Assembly (NCBI GenBank): GCA_964596325.1
Contig: CAZQSQ010000002.1
Location: 10,820 to 74,819 of the forward strand
DNA length: 64,000 nucleotides
Direction of reading: 5' to 3'
Source: an uncultured Candidatus Saccharibacteria bacterium
GTDB lineage: Bacteria; Patescibacteriota; Minisyncoccia; Minisyncoccales; JAGOPM01
Shown here: positions 1 through 9,320 of the stretch, in pieces
Layout: every line of letters starts with the position of its first letter
Numbering within the stretch: position 1 is the first letter of the stretch
Program-made: the position numbers and the translations under genes
The notes under the pieces: generated by a model
Told to the model about the DNA's origin: nothing
What the model saw: the letters and a program-made list of their open reading frames with translations, nothing else
Database searches by the model: none

Positions 1-2
1 AA

Positions 3-434
3 GAATTAGCGGCTTTTTCGGCTGATAAGCAGGTGGAGATATTTTTCGCCAAACACAATGGGAAGATCGTTTCCGGCGCGATTATTATTTACTGGCAAAA
101 AACCGCCTATTACCACCAAGGCGCCTCGGATAATTCCGGTACCCCGTCCAAGTCGGGCGCTTCCTATTTATTGCAATGGCAGATTATCAAACGCGCCAAA
201 GAGTTGGGGTGCACGGCTTATAATTTTTGGGGTATTGTCCCGCAAATGCGCCGCTTGGAAGATCTTAATAGCCGTAAATTTAAGAATCATCCTTGGTATG
301 GGTTATCCTTATTCAAAATGGGCTTTGGCGGAGGGTGCACTGAGTATATGCCCACGATGAATAAGCCGATCGGGGTTTTTAGCTGGCTATCTTTCCTTTA
401 TGAAAAGCTGGAACGAATTAAAAAAAGGTTATAA
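3..434 (+). CDS. FemAB/FemX-family peptidoglycan bridge aminoacyltransferase (5'-truncated by window)
   Basis: AYYHQGAS, YLLQWQII..AK..G...YNFWGI and GLSLFKMGFGG motifs; frame open to window start. Confidence 0.85.
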   Translation, partial: ELAAFSADKQVEIFFAKHNGKIVSGAIIIYWQKTAYYHQGASDNSGTPSKSGASYLLQWQIIKRAKELGCTAYNFWGIVPQMRRLEDLNSRKFKNHPWYGLSLFKMGFGGGCTEYMPTMNKPIGVFSWLSFLYEKLERIKKRL

Positions 435-440
435 ATTACC

Positions 441-1355
441 GTGGCAAACGTAAAATTGCGCTCTAAACATAAAATCCGCAAACCCAAGCCTCTTTACGCG
501 ACGGCGGCCTTTCGGCTCGGCACGCTTAGTGTTATTTTATTGGTTGGCTCCATTTACTGCATTTTTTTCTTTGATTATTTTAAGATAAAAAATGTGAAAA
601 TCGAAGGTATCCAAAAAATTTCCGCCCAAGAGATACAAAACCAAGTTTGGGAAATTTTGAATGCCAAGGCCGCAATGCCGCAAAACGGAATATTCACCGT
701 TCCGGGCGCCCAAATAACCAAACAGCTGAAAGAACGTTTTCCGGCCGCCCAAAGCGTGTCGGTTGCAAAAAGTTTACCCGCGACAATCGTGATAAAAATC
801 ACGGAGCGGCAGCCTTTGGCCCTTTGGTGCCCCTGCGAAATCCCCAGCGACAGCCTTTTGCCTTCCTACACCTCCAGCACAGCCACCTCAAGCTTGGCTA
901 ATTTCAGCGATTTTCGAACCTTTTTCGCGAAACAGAACTGCCATACAGCGGATAATTTTGATTGCTATTTAGTGGATAAGGATGGCATTAAATTCGAAAA
1001 CTCTCACGAATTTCCGTTTCGGATTGTGGCAGCCAAAAATTCCGCCGCCCTTGGCCAGACGGCTATCGAGGGTAATATTTTGACAACTATTCTAAAGATC
1101 AAGGAAAAAATCAGCCAAAAAATATCGGCCAGCTGCGACCTCGCCTACATTTATTCTCCGGCTCAAATAAATTTTCGGCTTGACGGTTACTGGTGGGCGT
1201 ATTTCAACCCCAAAAAGGATATCGATTGGCAGATAAATGCCTTATCGGCTGTTTTGGAGAAAAAACTCAGCCAGCAAGAGAAGGAAAAACTCGAATACAT
1301 TGATTTGCGCTTCGAAAATATTTCCGTGGTCAGCAAGCCGGAAAACAACAAATAA
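441..1355 (+). CDS. ftsQ: FtsQ/DivIB-type cell division protein (POTRA domain)
   Basis: N-terminal TM, FKIKNVKIEG, K.LP.TI.IKITERQP, C-terminal YIDLRF. Confidence 0.8.
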   Translation: MANVKLRSKHKIRKPKPLYATAAFRLGTLSVILLVGSIYCIFFFDYFKIKNVKIEGIQKISAQEIQNQVWEILNAKAAMPQNGIFTVPGAQITKQLKERFPAAQSVSVAKSLPATIVIKITERQPLALWCPCEIPSDSLLPSYTSSTATSSLANFSDFRTFFAKQNCHTADNFDCYLVDKDGIKFENSHEFPFRIVAAKNSAALGQTAIEGNILTTILKIKEKISQKISASCDLAYIYSPAQINFRLDGYWWAYFNPKKDIDWQINALSAVLEKKLSQQEKEKLEYIDLRFENISVVSKPENNK

Positions 1356-1364
1356 GTTCAAATC

Positions 1365-1395
1365 AAATCCCCGTCAATGAGCGGGGATTTTTGTT
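1365..1395. terminator. Bidirectional intrinsic terminator
   Basis: AAATCCCCG/CGGGGATTT stem plus T tract between convergent genes. Confidence 0.75.
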
Positions 1396-3162
1396 TCAGT
1401 CTACCTTGAATAAATATATTGAACGGCCAATGATGGCTGCAGGTTTTACATTGCGCAACCAAGAATAGTAGAGGGCGTCATCGGGGTTATACTTTTTGAT
1501 TTCCGGCAAGGGGATGGCCGTGCCATTTTTATAATAAGTCGCGGAAATCGCAATCCAGCCTTTTTGCGGGCCGCTATAACGATCGATTTTGGTATAACCG
1601 GCGCCGAAAAAATATTGCGGGTCGCTGCCGCCCAAAAAATGCATTTTAATATTCCTAATCCCGTTTTCTTGGATGTAACGGTTTAGCTTATAAAAATCTT
1701 GGCCCCAATCAACATTAGAATCAACGACAAAATTGCGCCCATTTTCCATCGGCCCCACAAGCTCATTAAAGTAGGAAATGTAATCGGGATAAGCCCGCAA
1801 TGGCTGAATTGCATACCAGGCGATCAAAACCCAAAAAATCAAAACCGCCAAGGTTTTGCCGACCCGGTTCTGCGGAGAAAAATGTTTCCAAAAATAAATT
1901 GTGCCCTGGGCTATCAGGATCATCATAAAAGGTATGGCCGGCAAGAGGTGGCGGATACCGATATTGAGATTGCCAAAAACCGAAACCGCCCAATAAATCA
2001 AAATCCATAAAATCAGGGAAGTCATTTCGAAATTGGCTTTCAGGCGATTGAGAAGTTTTTTCTCTCCGGCCCGTTTCGCCCAGGCCCACAGGCCCAAGGC
2101 GGCAAAAACAAAAATTGCCAAAGGCGTTTTGATTGCGTAAACAACCGGAAAGTATTGCCACCAAGCCGTATTGTTTATTTGGCCCATGAAAAATGTCGTA
2201 TTGCCGAATATGGTCCGGTGTCCGGCCTTAAAAAATCCGATGAGATATATCCCCAGGGGCCGCAGAACCGGAATATTGAGAACTTGCAGCGCGATATTGC
2301 GATATAAGCTCATTTGCGGGCCCTCCAATAGGGTATTGGCATCGTAAACAAGCTTGGCGAGCGGCTCATTATAGGATTGGATATGATAAAGGGGGATAAT
2401 AATAAGAAAAACTGCAATCAAGCCGGCTGCCAAACAATAAAAAATATAACGAAAAACGGAAATCGCCGACTTGTCCTTTTTCCACGCATAGCAAATGGCT
2501 AAAAAACCTAAGAAGGGAATTAAAAGAACGGTCGAAAATTTGAAACAGAAGGCAATGCCCAATCCCAAGCCTGCCCAAATTATATTGCCCAGATTTGGCG
2601 CCCGGAACATTTGCAAAAAAAGCATTGTTGCTAAAACGATACCGAAAGTTGCGCCGATATCCGTGGTAACCAGTCTTCCGTGGGCCAAAAAATTCGGGCA
2701 AAAGGCATAAAAGAACAAAGAAAGCAGGGCAACCTTATTGCCGAAATACCGCCGGGCGAAAATAAAAATCACTAAACCTAGAAGTATCGTTAAGGCTATC
2801 ATGGGCAGGCGGGCCGCCAAAATAATGGCAAACGGATCATTGTCCGAGTGCCAGATGAATTGCGTGCCCGTGTCGTATTGTATCCACCACTCATTATTTT
2901 TGATGTCGGAGAATGCGGGATTATCTTTGGGCCAATGCAAATTCATGAACTGCAGGGGCAAAGCGGCTAAATCCTTGGCCAAGGGCGGGTGCTCGGGATT
3001 AATGCGGTAGTCTTTGAGCTTCAAATAAGAATAGCCGGCCGGAATATGCGCCAGTTCATCGTAGGTGAGGGCCGTATCCTTTAAGCTGAAAAACATCAAT
3101 GCCCCCATGGCGCAAAGCAAAAGAAAAGCAAACAAATTTGTCCACTTAGTATTAAGCTCCAT
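1396..3162 (-). CDS. GT39/ArnT-like membrane glycosyltransferase
   Basis: TYDE, EHPPL, LVTTD, RHLLP, DSNVDWGQD motifs; many TM helices. Confidence 0.85.
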   Translation of the reverse strand: MELNTKWTNLFAFLLLCAMGALMFFSLKDTALTYDELAHIPAGYSYLKLKDYRINPEHPPLAKDLAALPLQFMNLHWPKDNPAFSDIKNNEWWIQYDTGTQFIWHSDNDPFAIILAARLPMIALTILLGLVIFIFARRYFGNKVALLSLFFYAFCPNFLAHGRLVTTDIGATFGIVLATMLFLQMFRAPNLGNIIWAGLGLGIAFCFKFSTVLLIPFLGFLAICYAWKKDKSAISVFRYIFYCLAAGLIAVFLIIIPLYHIQSYNEPLAKLVYDANTLLEGPQMSLYRNIALQVLNIPVLRPLGIYLIGFFKAGHRTIFGNTTFFMGQINNTAWWQYFPVVYAIKTPLAIFVFAALGLWAWAKRAGEKKLLNRLKANFEMTSLILWILIYWAVSVFGNLNIGIRHLLPAIPFMMILIAQGTIYFWKHFSPQNRVGKTLAVLIFWVLIAWYAIQPLRAYPDYISYFNELVGPMENGRNFVVDSNVDWGQDFYKLNRYIQENGIRNIKMHFLGGSDPQYFFGAGYTKIDRYSGPQKGWIAISATYYKNGTAIPLPEIKKYNPDDALYYSWLRNVKPAAIIGRSIYLFKVD

Positions 3163-3219
3163 ATGGCTTTATTATAGTGGACCGCCACAAACTTGCCCGA
3201 AAACTTTTCCACAACATGA

Positions 3220-3246
3220 TTAGCAGTCTAGGGTCTTGACTGCTAA
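3220..3246. promoter_or_regulatory. CIRCE-like HrcA operator TTAGCAGTC-N9-GACTGCTAA
   Basis: Perfect 9-9-9 inverted repeat, one symmetric change from the canonical CIRCE, directly upstream of hrcA. Confidence 0.9.
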
Positions 3247-3263
3247 TTTAGACGCGCTATAAT
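3236..3263 (+). promoter_or_regulatory. sigma70 promoter of hrcA-dnaK operon
   Basis: TTGACT-16-TATAAT; the -35 overlaps the CIRCE right arm. Confidence 0.75.
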
Positions 3264-3269
3264 CCGAGA

Positions 3270-4055
3270 GTGAATATGACCACCAGACAAGAAAAAATCT
3301 TAAATGCGGTCATTAGGGAATATGTCAAAAGTGGCCAGCCCGTCGCTTCCTCTTCGCTGATCGGCAAGAGTAAGTTCGACCTAAGCCCGGCCACTATGCG
3401 TTTGGAATTCAACGCTTTGGAAAATGAGGGGATGCTTTTTCAGCCCTATGTTTCAGCGGGCAGCATTCCCACGGATAAGGCTTATCGCTTATTCGTAAAT
3501 AAATTATTGGACAAGGGCGAGGAGCCCCAGATCGTCTCCGCTCCGGCCAGGCGGCTTGGCCAAGAATTGGAATCATATGAGCATGAGGACGACTTCACCA
3601 AATACATGCAGGAATCAGCCCGGCGCCTAGCCCACATGACCTCCTCTTTGGCTTTAGCCTATTTGACCGAAGACGATTTGATTTTGCGGGAAGGCTGGGA
3701 AGAAATAATAAAGATGCACGAATTCGAACAGGCCAATTCCATCCGTAATCTAATCTCGACAATAAGCAAACTCGAGACGCAAATGGATGAATTCGAGGCC
3801 AGTATCGAGGAAATCAGCCCAACGCAAAACGATATTATGGTTTTTATCGGCAAGGAAATAAACCATAGTGGCGCCGCGGATTTCAGCTTGATAATTTCGC
3901 GCTGCCAAAGCCCGGACTGTTCCAAAAAAGGGCTAATCGCCCTTATCGGGCCCAAAAGAATGGAATACGGAAAAAATATCGAATTGTTAAGGACGGCTAA
4001 AAAAGCCATTGAAAAAAAGAAAAAAAATGACCGAAAAAAATCCCAAACACGCTAA
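3270..4055 (+). CDS. hrcA: Heat-inducible transcription repressor HrcA (short form)
   Basis: RQEKIL..VIREY...GQPV.S, SPATMR, PTDKAYR, IGPKRMEY; CIRCE upstream; grpE-dnaK downstream. Confidence 0.93.
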   Translation: MNMTTRQEKILNAVIREYVKSGQPVASSSLIGKSKFDLSPATMRLEFNALENEGMLFQPYVSAGSIPTDKAYRLFVNKLLDKGEEPQIVSAPARRLGQELESYEHEDDFTKYMQESARRLAHMTSSLALAYLTEDDLILREGWEEIIKMHEFEQANSIRNLISTISKLETQMDEFEASIEEISPTQNDIMVFIGKEINHSGAADFSLIISRCQSPDCSKKGLIALIGPKRMEYGKNIELLRTAKKAIEKKKKNDRKKSQTR

Positions 4056-4563
4056 ATGCAGCTGCGAAGATCTAAAAACGCAACTGGAAAAAGCCGAGGC
4101 GAAATTGCAAGAGGCATCCGCCCAAAGCGAAGCATTCAAAAGTAACTGGCAGAGAGAGCGCGCCGATTTTCTGAACTATAAAAAAGAAGAAGGCGAACGG
4201 CTTAAACAAATGCGCCAATACGCGCTTGAATCATTGCTAGAACGTTTGCTGCCCGCCCTTGATTCGTTTGACATGGCTAAAAGCCATTTAAGCGAGGCTC
4301 AGTTTAAGGAGGCGGGCACACAGGGGCTCCTGATGACGGGCAAAATGATTGTAGAGGCTTTCAAGAGTATGGGGGTGGAGCCGATAAGTTATCTGGGGCA
4401 GCAATATGATCCGGTGGAATGCGAAGTGATAGAAGAGGTAGAAAATACCGATACAGCACCCGGGACAGTGGTTGAAGAAACGCAAGCAGGTTACAAAACC
4501 AAAGAAAGGCTATTGCGGCCTTGTAAAGTAAAAATCGCAAAGCAGTCCCGTGAAGTCGAATAA
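4027..4563 (+). CDS. grpE: Nucleotide exchange factor GrpE
   Basis: RADFLNYKK, LLPALD, GY....RLLRP.KV; ATG at 4027 preferred. Confidence 0.95.
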   Translation: MTEKNPKHAKCSCEDLKTQLEKAEAKLQEASAQSEAFKSNWQRERADFLNYKKEEGERLKQMRQYALESLLERLLPALDSFDMAKSHLSEAQFKEAGTQGLLMTGKMIVEAFKSMGVEPISYLGQQYDPVECEVIEEVENTDTAPGTVVEETQAGYKTKERLLRPCKVKIAKQSREVE

Positions 4564-4604
4564 CGATTTCTATACGGGATTCTAAAAACTAAAATAAAAA
4601 TTAT

Positions 4605-6545
4605 ATGGCAAAAATACTTGGAATCGATTTAGGTACCACAATCACCAAAATGGCCACTATTCAAAACGGTGAGCCGAAATGCTTAGAATCACACGAAGGC
4701 AATGTTTTGGTGCCTTCTTATGTGGCTTTGAATAAAAATAACGAAAGATTAGTTGGAATCTTGGCTTACCGCCAAGCAGTTACAAATCCGAAAAATACCA
4801 TTCATGCCGTTAAGCGGTTTATCGGCCGCAAATACAGCGACCCCGAAGTGCAGGAACAGCTTAAAAAACTCTCTTACGAAACCCGCCAAAGTTCTGACGG
4901 CGGCGTAGAAGTGAAAATGGGCGAAAAGTGGTATTCGCCGGTGGAGATTTCCTCCATGATTTTGCAAAAAATCAAAATGGACGCTGAGGAAAAACTTGGC
5001 GAAAAAGTTGAAAATGTTGTCATAACCTGCCCAGCAAACTTTGATGATTCACAGCGCAAAGCCACCAAGGCTGCAGGTGAAATTGCCGGCTTCAATGTTC
5101 TAAAAGTCATCAACGAGCCGACGGCCGCCTCTTTAGCCTATGGCTTGGGTAAAAAACAAAACCAAAAAGTTCTGGTTTATGATTACGGCGGTGGAACTTT
5201 TGACGTAACCATCCTTAATGTCACCCCTGAGGTTGTCGAAGTTATCGCCACTGGCGGTGAAGCGCATTTGGGCGGAAATGATTTTGACCAGGCCATTATG
5301 GATTGGATGATTAATGAATTTAAGAAGGAACAGGGAATTGATCTCTCCAAAGACTCTTTGGCTTTGCAACGCTTAAAAGAAGCGGCGGAAAAAGCTAAAA
5401 TTGAACTCTCCTCGGCTATGGAGACCGAGATTAATTTGCCATTTGTGACTAGCGGCAGCGATGGCCCCAAACACCTGAATTACAAAATTTCCCGAGCAAA
5501 ATTCAATGAAATCACCAGGCATCTGGTTGAGCGTTCTATTGAAAGATGCAAAAAAACCATTGAAGAGGCGGTCAATAAAAAAGACGAGCCGAAATTGGCC
5601 AACCAATCCAATATTGATGAAATTGTTTTTGTCGGTGGGACTACTTTAATCCCGGCTATCAAAGATGCGGTCAAAGCCGCCTTTGGCAAGGAGCCGAATA
5701 AAACCCTTAACCCAGAGGAAGTTGTGGCCATTGGCGCCTCCATCCAAGCGGAAATTTTAACCGCGGCCAAGGAGGGCCGGGCTCCGGAGGGCGATATTAA
5801 AAGCGTTTTACTGTTGGATGTTTTGCCGCTTTCCTTGGGCATTGAAACTATGGGCGGAGTTAATACAGTTATGATATCGAAAAATACAACCATTCCGACT
5901 TCCAAGAGCCAAATATTCTCCACGGCCGCCGACAGCCAGCCCTCAGTGGAAATTAATGTTTTGCAGGGCGAGCGCGCCATGAGCCACGATAATCGTTCCT
6001 TGGGCCGCTTTATGCTTGATGGAATCTTGCCCGCCCCCCGTGGCGTGCCTCAAATCGAAGTGAATTTTGATGTTGATGCTAGCGGTATCGTGACAGTTTC
6101 GGCCAAAGATAAGGGCACGGGTAAAGCCCAATCCATAAAAATCACCGGCAATGTGGGCATTTCCAAAGAGGAAATTGAAAAAATGAAAAAAGAGGCCGAG
6201 CTGCATGCCGAAGAGGACAAAAATAAACGCGAGGCCATTGAGATCAAAAACCAAGCCGAACAGCTGATTTATCTCAACGAAAAAACCCTTAAAGAAAATG
6301 GCGATAAGGTGCCAGCCGAGATAAAAAAGGAAGTGGAGGAAAAAATAGAAAATCTCAAAAAAGTCAAAGACGGCACGGATAGCGCAGCCATTAAAAAGGC
6401 CAGCGATGAGCTGATGGTTTCAATGCAAAAAATCGGCCAAGCGGTTTATCAGGCCCAGCAGCAAACGCAACAAGCCCAAGGCAATCCTGAAAACCAGCAA
6501 CAAAATCCCAATAATGCCCAAGAAGGGGAAGTAAAGGAAAAGTAA
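4605..6545 (+). CDS. dnaK: Chaperone DnaK
   Basis: GIDLGTT, INEPTAA, DYGGGTFD, LLLDV.PLSLGIET, GVPQIEV. Confidence 0.97.
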   Translation: MAKILGIDLGTTITKMATIQNGEPKCLESHEGNVLVPSYVALNKNNERLVGILAYRQAVTNPKNTIHAVKRFIGRKYSDPEVQEQLKKLSYETRQSSDGGVEVKMGEKWYSPVEISSMILQKIKMDAEEKLGEKVENVVITCPANFDDSQRKATKAAGEIAGFNVLKVINEPTAASLAYGLGKKQNQKVLVYDYGGGTFDVTILNVTPEVVEVIATGGEAHLGGNDFDQAIMDWMINEFKKEQGIDLSKDSLALQRLKEAAEKAKIELSSAMETEINLPFVTSGSDGPKHLNYKISRAKFNEITRHLVERSIERCKKTIEEAVNKKDEPKLANQSNIDEIVFVGGTTLIPAIKDAVKAAFGKEPNKTLNPEEVVAIGASIQAEILTAAKEGRAPEGDIKSVLLLDVLPLSLGIETMGGVNTVMISKNTTIPTSKSQIFSTAADSQPSVEINVLQGERAMSHDNRSLGRFMLDGILPAPRGVPQIEVNFDVDASGIVTVSAKDKGTGKAQSIKITGNVGISKEEIEKMKKEAELHAEEDKNKREAIEIKNQAEQLIYLNEKTLKENGDKVPAEIKKEVEEKIENLKKVKDGTDSAAIKKASDELMVSMQKIGQAVYQAQQQTQQAQGNPENQQQNPNNAQEGEVKEK

Positions 6546-6554
6546 GATACGAAA

Positions 6555-6589
6555 TATCTAACTTCTAATAACTAATGCCTAATTACTAA
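6555..6589 (+). repeat. Five tandem heptamers NNNCTAA
   Basis: tatctaa cttctaa taactaa tgcctaa ttactaa. Confidence 0.8.
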
Positions 6590-6592
6590 TTT

Positions 6593-7651
6593 GTGTCGAA
6601 GGACTACTACAATATTTTGGGAGTGAGTAAGACTGCCTCGCAAGACGAAATTAAGAAAGCCTATTATAATCTCGCTCACCAGCACCATCCGGATAAGGGC
6701 GGCAGCGCGGAAAAATTCAAAGAAATACACGAAGCGTATCAGGTGCTTTCTGATCCGCAGAAACGCGCCACCTATGATCAGTATGGCGAAATTCCCCAAA
6801 ATCAGGGCTTTGGCGGTTGGGGCCAGGGCGGTTTTACGGAAACTGATTTTGACTTCGGGGGCTTTGGAGATATTTTCGAAGAGTTCTTTGGCGGATATGC
6901 CGGCAATCAAAGAGGCGGCCGCCGCGGATCCGACATCCAAGCCGATTTTGAGCTCACATTAGAGGAGGCATTTTATCCCCAGCATAAAGCCATAAAAGTA
7001 GAAAAGGTTTCCGCTTGCCCCAAGTGTTCGGGCAGCGGGGCTGACCCGGCTTTTGGCATGGAGAGATGCTCAACTTGCGGCGGTTCGGGCGTAGCCCAGA
7101 AAGTTATCCGCACGCCATTTGGCAATGCGGCAACCAGAATTACTTGCCCGGAGTGCCATGGCCAAGGGCAAAAGCCTAAGAAAAAATGCTCTGAATGCCG
7201 CGGGGAAGGCAATGTGCGCCGCACCGAAACAATCGAATTTGATATTCCCGGAGGTATTGATTCCAATAATGTCATAACAATTCGGGGTAAGGGCAATGCC
7301 GGCAAACAAGGCGCCCCGGCCGGAGATTTCCATGCTAGAATTTTTGTTAAACCCAACCCGAATTTCCGCCGGCAAAACGCCGACCTCTATTCGACTATTG
7401 CGATCCCGATGACCAAGGCTGCTCTAGGGGGTGATGCGGAAATCAAAACAATCGAAGGGAAAAATTTATTGTTAAAAATCCCTACCGGCACGCAGCCCGG
7501 AAAAGTGTTCAAAATTTCCGAACGCGGCATGCCAAAATTGCGCGGCAATGGCCGGGGGGATCTCTATGTGGAAGTTGTAGTTAAGGTGCCGACCAAGCTG
7601 TCTAAAGATCAAAAACGGTTATTGGAAGAAATGGCTCTGGAGGAATTGTAA
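6593..7651 (+). CDS. dnaJ: Chaperone DnaJ
   Basis: J domain with HPD, G/F region, four CxxCxGxG repeats. Confidence 0.97.
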   Translation: MSKDYYNILGVSKTASQDEIKKAYYNLAHQHHPDKGGSAEKFKEIHEAYQVLSDPQKRATYDQYGEIPQNQGFGGWGQGGFTETDFDFGGFGDIFEEFFGGYAGNQRGGRRGSDIQADFELTLEEAFYPQHKAIKVEKVSACPKCSGSGADPAFGMERCSTCGGSGVAQKVIRTPFGNAATRITCPECHGQGQKPKKKCSECRGEGNVRRTETIEFDIPGGIDSNNVITIRGKGNAGKQGAPAGDFHARIFVKPNPNFRRQNADLYSTIAIPMTKAALGGDAEIKTIEGKNLLLKIPTGTQPGKVFKISERGMPKLRGNGRGDLYVEVVVKVPTKLSKDQKRLLEEMALEEL

Positions 7652-7701
7652 GATTATTCTCTTGACTGTATAATCTCGGACTGCGTCTTCTCCTTCTGGG
7701 C

Positions 7702-7736
7702 AAACAAAAAAACCGCAAAATGCGGTTGTTTTGTTT
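7702..7736. terminator. Bidirectional terminator after dnaJ
   Basis: AACCGCA/TGCGGTT stem flanked by A and T tracts. Confidence 0.7.
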
Positions 7737-7737
7737 G

Positions 7738-7751
7738 GTGCCCCCGGAAGG
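7738..7751 (-). repeat. 14-bp copy of tRNA-Lys 3' end (att-like)
   Basis: GTGCCCCCGGAAGG identical to 7886-7899. Confidence 0.75.
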
Positions 7752-7849
7752 GCCACTTCGTGGCATACAAGAAGTTCTAAAGCTCATTTCATTCGCTTTG
7801 AACTTCTAATAAATCGTCCCATCTGCTCGGGTCCTTTTTTCTTCCGAAT

Positions 7850-7885
7850 ATATAAAAAAGACGGAAAAATCCGTCTTTTTTATAT
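7850..7885 (-). terminator. tRNA-Lys terminator
   Basis: AAAAAAGACGGA/TCCGTCTTTTTT hairpin directly downstream of the tRNA. Confidence 0.8.
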
Positions 7886-7886
7886 G

Positions 7887-7957
7887 TGCCCCCGGAAGGA
7901 ATCGGACCCTCGTCAACGGCTTAAAAGGCCGCTGCTCTACCATTGAGCTACGGGGGC
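7887..7957 (-). tRNA. tRNA-Lys (anticodon TTT)
   Basis: Reverse complement GCCCCCGTAGCTCAATGGTAGAGCAGCGGCCTTTTAAGCCGTTGACGAGGGTCCGATTCCTTCCGGGGGCA folds as a cloverleaf; CCA not encoded. Confidence 0.93.
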
Positions 7958-7971
7958 TAAACAACTTTTGT

Positions 7972-8000
7972 ATTTTATTATAAATCAGCAAAAATGTCAA
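7972..8000 (-). promoter_or_regulatory. sigma70 promoter for tRNA-Lys
   Basis: TTGACA-17-TAAAAT on the minus strand. Confidence 0.7.
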
Positions 8001-8094
8001 CGTATTAGGCGTGTGGATACGTATGATTTTCGTTATATTGCACATTAATACCAATTTGTTAAAATGGCCTAGGTGATAAAGCCTGTTTTATTTT

Positions 8095-9297
8095 ATGGAT
8101 CAGAATACAAAAAATAATCTCCGGAAGTGGTTGACCGTTATTGCCATAATCGGTTTGGCCTTTTGGGGCGGAATGAAATTCCAACAATATCAAAACCCGC
8201 CGCCGAGCAAAATGCCCGTGGATGCGGATTTTTCTATTGTCTGGGATGTTTGGAATCAGTTAGAAAATAAATATGTCGGCAGCTTGGATAAAGAAAAAAT
8301 GGTTTATGGAGCGGCTAAGGGCTTAACTGCCGCCTTAGAAGACCCTTACACGGTCTTTTTGGAACCAGAGATGGCCAAAGCCCTCAATGAAGATATCTCC
8401 GGAAAATTTGAAGGAGTTGGTATGGTTTTGGATGTCAAAGACAGCCAACTGGTCGTGGTTTCGCCGATTAAGGGCACGCCAGCCTATAAAGCCGGGGTCA
8501 AAGCCGGAGACAAAATCCTTAAAATCAATGGCACCTCCACCCAGGATATCCAGCTTGATCAAGCTGTTAAATTTATCCGCGGGCCCAAGGGAACTAAGAT
8601 TACGATAACGATTTTGCGCGGCGCCCTGGATGCCAAAAACATCAAGGAGATTGAGCTTACCCGCGATGTAATCAATGTGCCCTCGGTAGAGCTGGAATAT
8701 AAGAAAAATAAAAATAATGAGGAGATTGCCGTTATTAAAGTTACCCAGTTCCAAGACAATACCGTGCAGGAATTTGAAAAAATTCTGCAAGAGGTAATGC
8801 TTAAAAAATCAAAAAGAATTATCATTGATTTGCGCAATAACCCCGGTGGGCTTTTAGACCAAGCCCAAGCCGTCGCGCAATACTTCCTCAAATCTGGCGA
8901 TCCGATTGTTTACGAGGGCAATAGCAAAATAATGCCCGAAGTCCCATATATATCGCAGATTGATGGCCCGTTCCGCGGTTATCCGTTGGTTGTTTTAATT
9001 AACCAAGGCTCGGCCTCGGGCGCTGAAATTTTGGCCGCGGCTTTAAGTGAAAATGGTGCTGCCAAATTGGTTGGCGAAAATTCCTTTGGCAAAGGCTCGG
9101 TGCAGCTGCCCCAAATGCTACGCAGCAAAAGCATGCTCAAAGTCACTATCGCGCAATGGATGACCCCCAAGCGCAACATCATCGACAAAAAAGGAATCAA
9201 ACCCGATATCGAGGTAAAGATTACCGAGGAAGACGTTAAAAATGAGAAAGACCCCCAGATGGAAAAAGCTATTGAAATTGTTTCGGAAATGCAATAA
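8095..9297 (+). CDS. S41 carboxy-terminal processing protease (CtpA/Prc family)
   Basis: DPYT, PDZ domain, DLRNNPGG, SASGAE, GKGSVQ. Confidence 0.95.
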   Translation: MDQNTKNNLRKWLTVIAIIGLAFWGGMKFQQYQNPPPSKMPVDADFSIVWDVWNQLENKYVGSLDKEKMVYGAAKGLTAALEDPYTVFLEPEMAKALNEDISGKFEGVGMVLDVKDSQLVVVSPIKGTPAYKAGVKAGDKILKINGTSTQDIQLDQAVKFIRGPKGTKITITILRGALDAKNIKEIELTRDVINVPSVELEYKKNKNNEEIAVIKVTQFQDNTVQEFEKILQEVMLKKSKRIIIDLRNNPGGLLDQAQAVAQYFLKSGDPIVYEGNSKIMPEVPYISQIDGPFRGYPLVVLINQGSASGAEILAAALSENGAAKLVGENSFGKGSVQLPQMLRSKSMLKVTIAQWMTPKRNIIDKKGIKPDIEVKITEEDVKNEKDPQMEKAIEIVSEMQ

Positions 9298-9320
9298 AAT
9301 AGGCATTAGAAATCAAAACT

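Noticed and set aside
3204-3213. DnaA-box-like TTTTCCACA (also weak matches near 8012 and 25905) as oriC
   Set aside because: Isolated mismatched boxes, no dnaA nearby, and gene orientation indicates a terminus rather than an origin.
6450-6530. Gln/Asn-rich low-complexity stretch at the dnaK 3' end
   Set aside because: Ordinary disordered DnaK C-terminal tail.
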